Source: Chromera velia (taxonomy: Eukaryota). From it: a stretch of 64,000 bases of DNA. How positions within the stretch are numbered: the first letter of the stretch is position 1; every line of letters begins with the position of its first letter. Under the pieces are notes generated by a model. It was not told where the DNA came from, made no database searches, and saw only the letters and a program-made list of their open reading frames with translations. The stretch is taken from NCBI GenBank assembly GCA_018398765.1, contig JAHBMJ010000179.1:62001-126000 (forward strand). The letters run 5' to 3'. Positions 38,746 to 49,597 of this stretch are shown one piece after another. A program made the translations under genes and the position numbers.

Positions 38746-38812
<67 letters not shown>

Positions 38813-39827
38813 CTACTCATCTGTTTGTTCGTGCTTGTGTGTCTGCGTATGTATGTCTGAGTGAGTAATCTGTGTGTGCACTTCTCTGATCATCGATCGC
38901 CCTCCTCCCCCGATCCCTCGCTCCCTCCCTCCCTCCCTCTGCAGGTTCCCTCACCCGAACGGCGCCTTCCAGATCATCGACAGGGCGATTGAAGAACATC
39001 TTCAAGCTCGCACACGGAGAGTACATCGCCCCGGAGAAGACCGAAATCGTGTACGTGCAGGCCTCCAGCGTTGCACAGGCCTTCGTGTACGGCACCTCCA
39101 CAGAGAGATTTCTTGCCGCGGTCGTTGTGCCTTCGGATGAGGGCGTGAGGGTCAGTCAGTCAGTCAATGAGTCAGAGAGAGGGGGAGACAGGCAAAGAGA
39201 AACTTTGCGCTATCAATTAGCGGGAGATGTTGAATGTCATTTTTTCCTTCCACATAGGCAGGCCCGCCCCTGACTCAGTCAGATCCGCCTTCGTGACCAT
39301 AGCCAGTTTTTGGAATTGTATTGCTGCCCCTGTATTTTTTGCTGTCGACTGAGGAAACGTGTGTACAGGAATTTGTGCACATGCTTCAGGGCTGTTGGGT
39401 CCCTCTCTGCACCTTCGCAAACTGCTCGATTTGCGTGCGCCTTTTCTTTTGCTGGTGATGGCCAACTTTTGCCACAAGTCTGTGTGTTATTCGTAGGAGA
39501 TATATTGTTATATTTCCCTTCCTCTGACTCGATCGATGGATCAGGCTTTCGCTGAGAAGACAGGCAAGCCGCGTGACATGAATTAAGGCTTTGTGCGCGG
39601 ACGATCGAGGAGTTCAAGGAGGAGGGGGTAGAGGAGATGAACGCGGCCGGGAAGGCAAACAAGCTGAATGGAATGGAATGGAATTCGGGAAGGAGGTCAC
39701 GCTCTGGCCCGAGCCCTTCACTGTGGAGAAAGATCTGTTGACCCCCTCTTTCAAGCTGAAGAGGCTCCAGGCAAACACGGTCTTCCAGAAGCAAATTGCG
39801 GAAATGTACGCAAAACTGAACAAGTGA
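38428..39827 (+). pseudogene. Long-chain acyl-CoA synthetase (AMP-binding family) pseudogene, 3' exons
   Basis: Exons ~38428-38573 ([26 protein letters not shown]), 38945-39150 (PNGAFQIIDRA/KNIFKLAHGEYIAPEK..AQAFVYG) and 39545-39827 (PEPFTVEKDLLTPSFKLKR..IAEMY*), with at least five frameshifting insertions. Degenerate upstream remnants may lie at ~35850-36046. Confidence 0.9.
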
Positions 39828-40600
39828 TCAGAGACGGGAGAATGCAGGGGAAGGGGTGGGGACCTGTGAAAGAAAGTGAAGCCTGGTCGTGGGAATAAAG
39901 AGAAGTGGGTTACGTTGAAAGGTTTCGATCGATCTCTGTCTGTGTGAACGTGCATGTCCTCTGCACGGGTTCAACGACCTCGAGCACTTCTCGGGGGATG
40001 AGAGAGGAGGGAGTCTGAAGAAGTTAGAGCATGCAATTTTTGTGTTTGAAAAAATGGGACCCATGCCCAACTGCCTTTAGTTCTGCATTTTGGCTTCCAT
40101 TTTCCCGCCGTACTAGCCGCCGTCTCATTACTTTTTCTGATAGATCGAGTGGTAGATTGATCGGTGGTAAATCCATGGTGCAGCGTCAAAGCAGTTTGCT
40201 CACATGCATTGGTTGTTGTTGACGAAGTAGTTCGGAGGTACGGTGAGGTCTAAGGTGAGGTTTTGGGTCATGAAAAAAAAGAAGCGTAATGTGTAAAGCA
40301 CGTCACATGCAAAGGCTTAGGCCGCGTGTGTGCAACAAAGAAGTTGATTGAAAACGGCCTGGAAGAGATTCCGGGCGGGCCGCGGGGTGTGGTCTGAGCC
40401 TCAGCGATGGGGCACACCCCCATGCCGTTTGCGGGGCGGGGCCCGCAGCGGGGGCGACCTCTATAAGACAAAACGGCGACAGTGCTCAAGGGCACCACTA
40501 AATCACTTATCACTTAATTCAGACTGACAACCAAAAAACGTTTGATGATAATTAAATTTTGATCTAGCTAGCGTTTGGTTAATTTAACAATAAAAAAAAA

Positions 40601-41065
40601 TGTGATCTGTTATAGTGTCATGTCCCCTCGCGTATGATCAAAGATGAGGTTCATGTCCTGACGGAGTGTAAGAACACAGAAAAGGAACGGAACAGGCTGA
40701 AAGAACTGTACGAAATTGCGAAGCAGAGAGCGCTCATTGACATAAGAATACAGATTGCACAACGCGTTGCAGGTGTAACCGAGAGGGGCACTTCTGATAA
40801 TGAGAAGAAAATGAAGGATATGGTGTTGCTGTTGTGCACAATCCTGCCTAAAAGCGGTTCCAAAGCTATAGCCGACTGTTTCAAGAAGATCCATTCTGTC
40901 GATAAGGCAAGTTGAGGCGAATCAATCTGACTGGCATGCAGGCTTTGATCCTCACCCCCCCCCCCCTATGAATGTGTGCTCTGGGTTGTCCTTAAAGCCT
41001 TGTTAGTGGCTTGGGATTTGGCGTCGCTAAATCTAAGATTTAACCCTCAATCATCATCATCATCA
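40601..41065 (+). mobile_element. 5'-truncated non-LTR retrotransposon (LINE) 3' end
   Basis: CDL[L*]C-HVPSRMIKDEVHVLTEC resembles the C-terminal CCHC finger of LINE ORF2. The ORF stops at 40915 and is followed by a short UTR and an AA(TCA)n tail at ~41049-41065. Confidence 0.65.
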
Positions 41066-41095
41066 GCACTTCACACTAATTATTTTTTATAATAC

Positions 41096-44000
41096 TAGTG
41101 ATAATCTAGGAAATATACCAGGAGATAAATGAGTTTCATGTAATAATTTACTAATAAATCGATATATAATACTTTGATTGATTGATTGATTGATATGTTC
41201 CGCCCTAGGGCCTTCTCGCTATGTCTATCTGTCGACTTTAATCGTTCTATGTCATGCCAGTCTAGATGTCAGTGATCGAATGTCATAAGCTTGGTCCAAC
41301 TTAAGTCATTAGAGATCACCTCATCAAGCTTTACACCCTCAGACATCGTCAGGATTTGGAATGATCACATTGTGTACTGTCGGTATTATGCATGCAACTT
41401 ACACTTATACAAACTTGCAGCACACCTACACATGTATGACATGCGGGCTGGCACTAGGCTTTTCGAAGATGAAAGCCTTCTGTGTCCTGTTTCTTGCTCT
41501 CAGGCTGCATCTATACGCGTCGGAAGCGAAGGCAGGAGACCGCCAGGTCCACCAACACGACGTTCGTGGATGGAAATCGATCGATCGGTCTCTCAAACCC
41601 CTCTTTCTCTGTGTCGCTTTGCCAGTGCCTCTCTTCTGAAAGTCATTGTTAGACTAGTTGCTTGCACAGTTTGCATCGAGTCATCGCCATCTCCCTACCG
41701 CTCACCATCGAATGGACTCTGCACACTCTCTCGGCCAGGCTCCCTCGACTTTTTTGCCTTGGTTGTTTTTGGATCTGTCTTCTGCTGAGGGGCTCACATG
41801 ACGAATCAATGAAGTCTTTCTGCACAAGCTACCAGTCTCCGACGAAGGCAACAAAATAAAGAAAGACGCAAGCAAACCGATCCAACCTTATTGAGGTGCA
41901 TTGAAAGGGAACAAGAGACAGATGAGCCGCCTGCCCGCTCTTGCTACAACAACTGGATTGTTCGTATCGGGTGTGTGGTGTGAGTCAGCGGTCGATTGAA
42001 GTTGTACATTAGTGAGGGACGTAGGAGTGGAAATTAAGGGAGCTCGGATTTGTGTGTGAGTTTTCAGTGCCCTCACCTTCAAATAGCGAAAGGAGAAAAA
42101 AGGCAAACCGACAGATGCTGGAAGAAAGGAATGAAGGAAGACGAAGGAAAGGATGTGGGTCAAGCAGCCCGTCAGCACAGCACATCACATCACGCCACAG
42201 CGACAAAATGAAGAGAAGAGAAGAGAAGAAAACAGGCATGCATACGAAGAAACATGCAGAGAGTGAAGAGAGAGTCGACCGAAAGGAGCCCTCCCCCCCG
42301 GCGCTTCGCTTCTCGGCCGGGTATCTCCATCCGTTTCGTCCGTCCCTTCCTGTCTGAACTAACTATACAAAACCACAGCTGCTGACAAAAACCACGCAAG
42401 CTCTGGAGTACCTCTGTGTCCCTAAGGTCGGATTTCAGAGGATCGAGTGGTGTAGAAAGGGAGAAGTCACTGGATGCGAGCTCAGGGAGGTAACTCTTTC
42501 TTTCAGGCTTTCTCTCTTTCTCTTCTTCTCGATTGTCACAAACGAATCCACGAATAGAATGGAATGGTTAGAGGAAGGAAGCATGCATTCTCTTCCTCCC
42601 TCCCTCCCTGCCTCAATCTCCACGCTGGCCTGACTTCTCTTCGGTTCTCTCAGTTCTTTTTTTCTTCTTTCGTTCTTTTGATGATCTCTTTCTAGGACTG
42701 AACAGACAAAGAGAAGAAAAGGAGCGCGTGCGCTTCAACAGAGTGAAATTTTTCTTTCGTTGGTGGATCGTCCTTCCTCTCGCCCCTTTTCTGTCTGCTC
42801 TTCCCTGTTTAGTCCCTCGAAGGAATCTTCATTCCGATACCCCTCCTCGAATTTCCTCATGGCTCGCTATCGTCGAAATAAATGGAGGATTGAGTGACCA
42901 TTTTGAATTTGCTTCTAAGAGAAAGGCAACATCCACCCCTGCCTGCCTCCTACACAAAGGGACCTCACTTTGAATTTTTCTAAAATCACGGATGAAAAAA
43001 CAGACATGCAGAAACGTCTCACTGGTCGTCTCGTTCCTCGGAGTCTGCCGCCTTTTCTTGCTTTCTCCGCCCCACTTGCACGTCTTTATTGAACTTTCTC
43101 CCCCTCCTTCTGCAAAACCTGCATGCCACAGTCCTCTGCATTCTTTTCCTTCCACTTTCTGCTTTTCTGTTTCTCGATTTCGCCAAAGACAAACTCCCTG
43201 GCTGAAATGAATTTTTGCTTCCGTCCTCACTACCGGCAGGGCAGCGTTCTCTCCAGACAGACGCAGAGACAAAGCGAGAGACAGGCAGAGACAACCATTT
43301 CACTCAAACCACCTGAAAGCATGCCTGCCTGCCTGCCTATCAAAGTCATGAAAGACAAAAGGATGACGAACGGAAACAAAAATCGCACACACGATGTGCG
43401 AAAGAGGAGTACAGAAAGAAGATAAGAAGAGAGGAAGAGAGTTGGGAACGCAGGGACACACACAAAGTTCGCATGCCGCATCTATCTATCCACCCTGACG
43501 CACACATGCGTGCATGGCCCTTCGCTTCCCTTCCGCTCTTTCTTCCTTCCTTCCTGCAGTGGATCGAATTGATTTCCTTCCGTCTGACATTGCCATTTTA
43601 TTCATTCCTTCTTTCATTCGTGCATTCACTTGCCTGCATGCAAGACAAGCAAAACGAGCTGCCAGGAGAGACCAATACACCCTCTCTCCCTCCTCTCTCT
43701 CCACCGCCATACAATCTCACACCCACCGTCCTTTTCAAAGAACAATCCCTCGACTTGAATCAACCAACTCCTCCCCCCTCTTCCCTACCCAGTCCTCCCC
43801 TCTGCATGCCTGAAGATAGATGGACAGACAGAAAGCGAACAATCAAGGATCTGGGTGGGTGAAACAAACACACAAAATCACCAGCAGCAAGTCCATCAAT
43901 GCCTTCTTTTGTGCCTTTCTTCCCCCTACCCTCTCCCTTCCCCTTCTTCCTTCATTCGCCCACCAGAGAGCGCAGTCGTGAATCGACCGGCTCGCTTAAA

Positions 44001-46083
44001 GAAAGAAAAAAGGAAAGGAGAGAGAACTACAACAAAGCGGATCGTCGTCTCCGATCCCAACGCGAAAGTGCCCACCCACCGCCGTTCCCTTCCCTTCCCT
44101 ACCCTCTGTCAGTTGAATTATTCACAACAGGTTTGCTTCTCTCGGCCTTTATTGCAGGGAGGGAAAAAGAGAGGCAGGCAGGCAGAAAGAAAGAAAGAAA
44201 ACATCTCAGAGCCAGCCTCCAGGTTTGGATCCCCTCGATTCATTTTTCGTCCATTACCGTCGAGGCGAGACAGGACAACACTCCCTTCCTTCTTTTTACA
44301 CGCGGTCTCTGTCTCATTCACAGTCTCATCTTCTTTTCGTCCCACAGTAGCACTTCCTTTCTTCCGTTCCCCCGCCCCGGGAGGCCTCTTGCCAGATTGC
44401 AAACAAAAAAATGCAAGCACACCCGAAGAGCACCCACACATGAACGAGAAGATCCATCGAAGGCGAGGGAAACCAACCGAAGCGAGACGTTCGCACTCAC
44501 TTACTCACTATGGTCGTTTGGGAAGGATAGAAGGGGACCCTGCCAGGCATGCAGCCAGAAGGCGAAACCCGAAAAGAACCCTCGGCCCAGCACCCGGAGA
44601 GGGTGGCAGGGAACGGTAGAAGAATAAGGGGAGAGAGAAAGAGACAAATGAGTGTTTTCACAATCAATACATGGACAGGCATGAAAACAAAAGCAGGAAG
44701 GCACTTTAAAGAACGAGGGGGGGGAGGGAGAAGCGAAGGAAGGAAAAACTGAATCAGTCAGTCAGTCTTCGACCTTCTGATCGGATAGGTCTCTCTCTCA
44801 CCCTCCTTTTCCTTTCACTGTTGCTGAAGAGCGAGTGAGTCAGAGCACAAAAGACAACGTCTCCATCAGCCACGTCCCAGATGGAAACGGCCGCCTTCTC
44901 CGTCGCCCCTCACGCCTCATCTTTCTCTTCCTCCTCCCTGTTCGGTTCTCTCAACTCAAGTGGAAGGAAGGAAGGGCACTTTCGTTCTTTCGCTCTCTTA
45001 TTTTCTTATGGGTTTGCATCTGTGGGTGCATAGGTATTCGATCAGACCGTCCCTCCGATAGACTCAGTCAGGTTCTACTTATGTTGGTGTTTGGTTTTTT
45101 CTTCATGTAGCCCCCCCCCTAATGATGGATGATCGAATGAATTTGATTGAGGATGGGGATTGTCGACTGTTTCTTCGATCGTTCTTTCCCCCTTCCGTTT
45201 GATGATGAAACCCCCTGACCGACTGACTGCCAAGACGAAAGAGAAGACGGGAAGGGAAGGGAAGAGAAGAGAAGGAATTTACTCACACTGTCGGAAGGAA
45301 GCAAAACACAATTCAGTCACGTCCAGTACCGAATCAACACACACAACTTCCTTATGCAAGGCCGATGGATGGCTCGGCTCCTCCACGAACGAATGAACGA
45401 ACAGTCACGTGCATGACGAAAGAAACGCATGCATGCACCGTTGGCAGAGAGAGAGAGAGGGAGAGAAGAGCCAGAAAGAAGGGATAGGGTGAGAGAGAGA
45501 AGGAAGAGCCAAAATTTCTGTTGCCAAGTACGCACATGCAGGGGGGAACAAAGAGAGGATGCCACTTTCGTCCTGGTCTCCTGATGGCCCGAGACGGACA
45601 GAGAGAAAAGAGAAGGCCGGCCAGAGAGACAGTCTTCCTTCCTTCTAGCCCTCTCGCTGTTTATTAGTCATGTCAGACGGCACTCACTCTCTCATCCGTC
45701 AGCTCTTGTTCGTTCGATTCGTTTTGCTGAGGGACGGCAAGACAGAGTGGTAGAGAGAAAAAGAAAACCATCGTCCTTCTCCCTCCGTCTTGAAAGCTCC
45801 TTATTCGTTATTCATCTTCCGAGCCCCGTTCAGCTTCTCTCCCCAAGCGCACAGGCAGGACAGACACTCGTCCCTTCCATTCAGGAAAGAGAAAAGAGAA
45901 AGGAGAGGAAAGGGTGGACACACACGCCTCAACGTTTCTTCATTTCGTTGGAAGAACATTCATTCGCGCACTCACAGACTCTCACGGTCACGAACACATT
46001 CATGAAGTCACTCGTGAGTGCACAGAGCACCAACGAACCAAACACCCTCCCGCCCCATTTCCTACACCCCCCCAATGCACTCA
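41096..46083 (+). repeat. Segmental duplication copy B
   Basis: See copy A. Copy B has extra segments at 41176-41239 and ~42839-44400. Confidence 0.95.
41176..41234 (-). mobile_element. 59-bp retro-insertion with an (AATC)n tail and ACTTT TSD
   Basis: Present in copy B and absent at the equivalent site of copy A (~25110). ACTTT at 41171-41175 and 41235-41239. Confidence 0.75.
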
Positions 46084-46101
46084 TGCCTTCTGTCCGTCTC
46101 C

Positions 46102-48382
46102 TCACATAAGAGGAGCGTTGGGGTCGATCGGCTTGTCCACACTTCCTGCCTCTGCCCCTGCCCCAGAGCCAGACGCACCGATCCCCATCATGGGGTAGGA
46201 GGGGGACCCGGGGTTCAGCCCCTCACGGGGGGAGGCGTCCACATTGCCGGAGGCAGCGGCACCGGAAGACGGCTGCACGGAAGTTCTGCTGCCAGCAGCA
46301 TCTCCCACGTCCTCATTCTCGGTTGTTGGCTGTGCCTGCATCTGCACAGCACCCTCAGCGGCTGCAGACGCAGCAGAGGCACCCCCCGCCTTCTCGACTG
46401 CGGCAGCAGCAGAGGCGGATGCGGATGCTGAGGCTGACGCGTTCTCTTGGACTGGGGATTCGGGAAGGGAATTGGCAGCACGGGGCTCCTCATCGAGATC
46501 TTCGGATGTCGGGTCGGGGTGGTCTGCGGCCTCTGCGAGTTCTCTCTCTCTGTGAGACTCGGCCATGGCGGTGTGGTAGGCATGGTGAGCTGCCTGGGCC
46601 TGACTGAGACCTTGGCCGCCATCAGAGGCGTCGTCTCCGAAGTGGGACCCCCACTCTCCATCGTCGTCATAGTCCCCATCGTCGTCTACACCCATGTCCC
46701 CGGGGCCCGCACCCGGACGGGGACGCTTCCTGTACCTCTGTCGGTGCGCGGTTCTGTCGTTGTGCTGACGTTGGAGGGACTGGATCTCTCTCTCAAGTCC
46801 GCAGGCCTGCACTCATTCAAAAGGGGGTGAGGGGCAGGTAGGGAGGTCTGTAGGGAGTCTGACACGGAGCTGGGAAGGGAACGAGCAGGAGTGTGAAAGA
46901 GGAAGGGAAGTCAAACAGAAACCAGATAACGAAGACGGAGCGAGGAAGGCATGAAACAAAACAGAAAGAAGGGAGATTCGCTTTGTACGTTTTCTATTAT
47001 TTTCATGCTTTTCTTTCTCCCGTGTGTCCTCATTTCCCACCCACCTACCGACCTGGGCCATCTGGAGGAGCTCTTGGAGTTTCGCGTACTTGATTTGGCC
47101 GATCTGCATGACCTTCTCCTTGCAGATAGGGTCTGTCTTGCAGCGGTGAGAGAGCATGGTCTTGAGGGCGGCACGACCGGTTTCTCCGATGCTCACGTTG
47201 AAGGCATCGCGGAGGACGCCGGTGAGGTGGATGTGTGCCACTGGGGACCCGGAAGGGCCCCTGTGGATGTGCTCATGGTGATGGTGGGCAGAGGGGGAAC
47301 CGGGTGGATGTCGGGTAGCCTTCTTGGCGCCCTTTGCGCGGGTCTGCAGGCAAGCAGGGAGGCAGGCAGACAGAGGGAGAGGACTCGGACAAGTGAAGTT
47401 GGGCTAGGTCAGGTCAGGTCAGGAGAGGTGCGTGCATGGAAGTGAAGGTCGAGCAACAGCATCCCGAGGGTAGCAAAAAGGAAGGAAGAGAAAGCCAGAG
47501 GAGGGACGAAGGGGAAACGCAACACCATTTGTAGAACACAAAAAGAGGGAAATTCTTTCATATAGGCATTCCTTGCTACCGTCTTGGCTGCTTTTGTCTC
47601 TCTAAACTGACCGTAGGCTTGGAAGCAGACACGTTGTGGGCGTGGGCGTTGGCCATGGAGGGAGAGCCCGCGGGCATTCCCCGTCCCTCAGGAACGTACG
47701 CAGGGCCTCCCTGGAGGTTTTCCTCCTCTGGGGAGGCGTGCATGGGTGCACCACGAGCCTCGGCGTAGCGGAGGATTCTCTTCATCTGTTCAGTGAGGGA
47801 AATGCCGAGACCCTCGGGACGGTCGGCCTCTCCCGCACCGCCCATCGTCTCGTCTCCTCCATCTGTTGCGGCGTTGTCTCCTTCCACTTCTGTGCCATCT
47901 GCCTTCTTCTTCTTCAACGTACGCTTGGTCTTGGCGTCCTGCACGGTTGGCTGAGCAAGAGCAGCGGCGTTGTGGGGCTCTCTGAGTGACCTCTCGAGGA
48001 AGTGGAGAATCAGGGCGTCCTTCTCTGCAGCGGTGATGAGGCCATTCTGGAAGAGAGAGCAGATGGCTGCAGCACTCTTCACTTTGACGGGCTCCCCAGC
48101 AACAAAGTCGAGGAGAGCGGAGTGGCAGAAGTGAAGAATCTGCTCATTGGGGAAATGGTAGGCCAAGTTCATGAGGTTCAGATTCACCCAGTTGAACAGG
48201 CCATCCACGTCCGTATTCTGAAGGTCGATGTAACTCATGAGGTGGTTCAACTCAACAGTCACGTGTTTCTGGTGGAGGTTGTGCTGCGCACTGTTGGGAG
48301 GGTATCCGAGGCCTCTAGTGATCTCATCAATCTCCACTTTCTCTCCGCCAGGAGCGGGTGCAGCAGGTTGTTCAGTCGCCAT
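46102..48382 (-). CDS. Putative nuclear regulator with a compact helical domain (possibly alveolate homeodomain-like/HDP1-type), 3 exons
   Basis: Exons 48382-47612, 47343-47053 and 46806-46102 join in phase 0. The domain SIGETGRAALKTMLSHRCKTDPICKEKVMQIGQIKYAKLQELLQMAQACGL is followed by the NLS-like RYRKRPRP. The gene model is strong; the function is inferred. Confidence 0.8.
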
Positions 48383-49597
48383 CTTACTAGGATGGGTAGG
48401 GTTGTTCTTCAAGGTGAGAAGAAGTTGTGGTTGTGGAGCTCAACCAAGCTGTTGAGAAAGCTGTTGTGGGAAACTTAAGACTTCGGGAAGCGATAGAAGT
48501 CTTTCAGCTGCTTCGTAAACGTGAAAAGAAGCCTCAAAGAAAGTTTGCCGTCTCTTCAGTCTCGTCTCCTTTCGTCTCCTTGGTCGTCTCTGCAGTCTCG
48601 TCTCTTCTGTCTCCTTTCTGCCTTGCCTGAGCTGACGTCTAAAATTCGGTCTCGATCACTGCGTGACGGAAAAAAATTCTCACCGCAAAAATTCCGGCCG
48701 CATGCAAACCGCGCAAAATATTATTGCGGGTAAACGTGTTTGGCGATTATCTCGGAGGGCAGTCCAGCATAGTCCAGCAATTCCCAGAGAGGCCCTCGGA
48801 ATTTGCAGACGAAAAACTCGCATAATTCCTTCAGAGGACTTTTTTTTTAATTGCTTTGTTCACGAACCGCATCTCGCACCTCTGAAGGCACTCACCATAT
48901 CTCCTTGACCGCAAAGTGTATCTCCGGCCGGGCCGAGCCCCTCCCCCGGACCTTAATTATTTTTTTATCGTTGTGATCCATATTACCCAGTGAGTGGATT
49001 TGGCAGATTCATTGGCTGTATCGGTCTGTGTTCCTTTTTTTAATTAATTCTTCTTTATTTTTCTTCCCAAAACTCAGATACTGAGAGGATATATATAGTT
49101 TTAATTAAAAATAATTTTATTAATATCAATTTTAATATATATATAGTACATTTTTCAAAGATGTATACACATGCATGTATCGGTCGACCGGTGATAAGCA
49201 GCATGCAATCGATCGACAGACGAACACAGAGGCAGGCAGGCACATACACGCCTGTCGATCCTCTTCTGGTCGAATCTGCCCGGAAAGACCTCTGCTTCCG
49301 AGTGGGGCGTGCCTCTCAAAGGATTACAACTCAGTCTGTAAATGCATAAAAAAGAGGAGGAGGTGTATAACAAAGGAAGTAGACGGGTGCTTGCCCTCGA
49401 TCAGAGAATCGATCACACAATCAAGCCAACGCCAGCACAAATCCGCACCTGTTCGATCGTCAAGTCTGACCCTATCCGTTCATCTACCTGTACGTGTCTG
49501 TGTGTGTCCGTGTGTGTGTGCACGCTGGCGCCCCGCTGACGAGTGTTCACCCGTCCGTCGAGTAAGCAAGCGAGCGATCACGAAGGCAAACAAGCAA

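Noticed and set aside
41291..41788. ORF shared by both duplicate copies
   Set aside because: It has a non-ATG start, is frameshifted in copy A and shows no recognisable motif.
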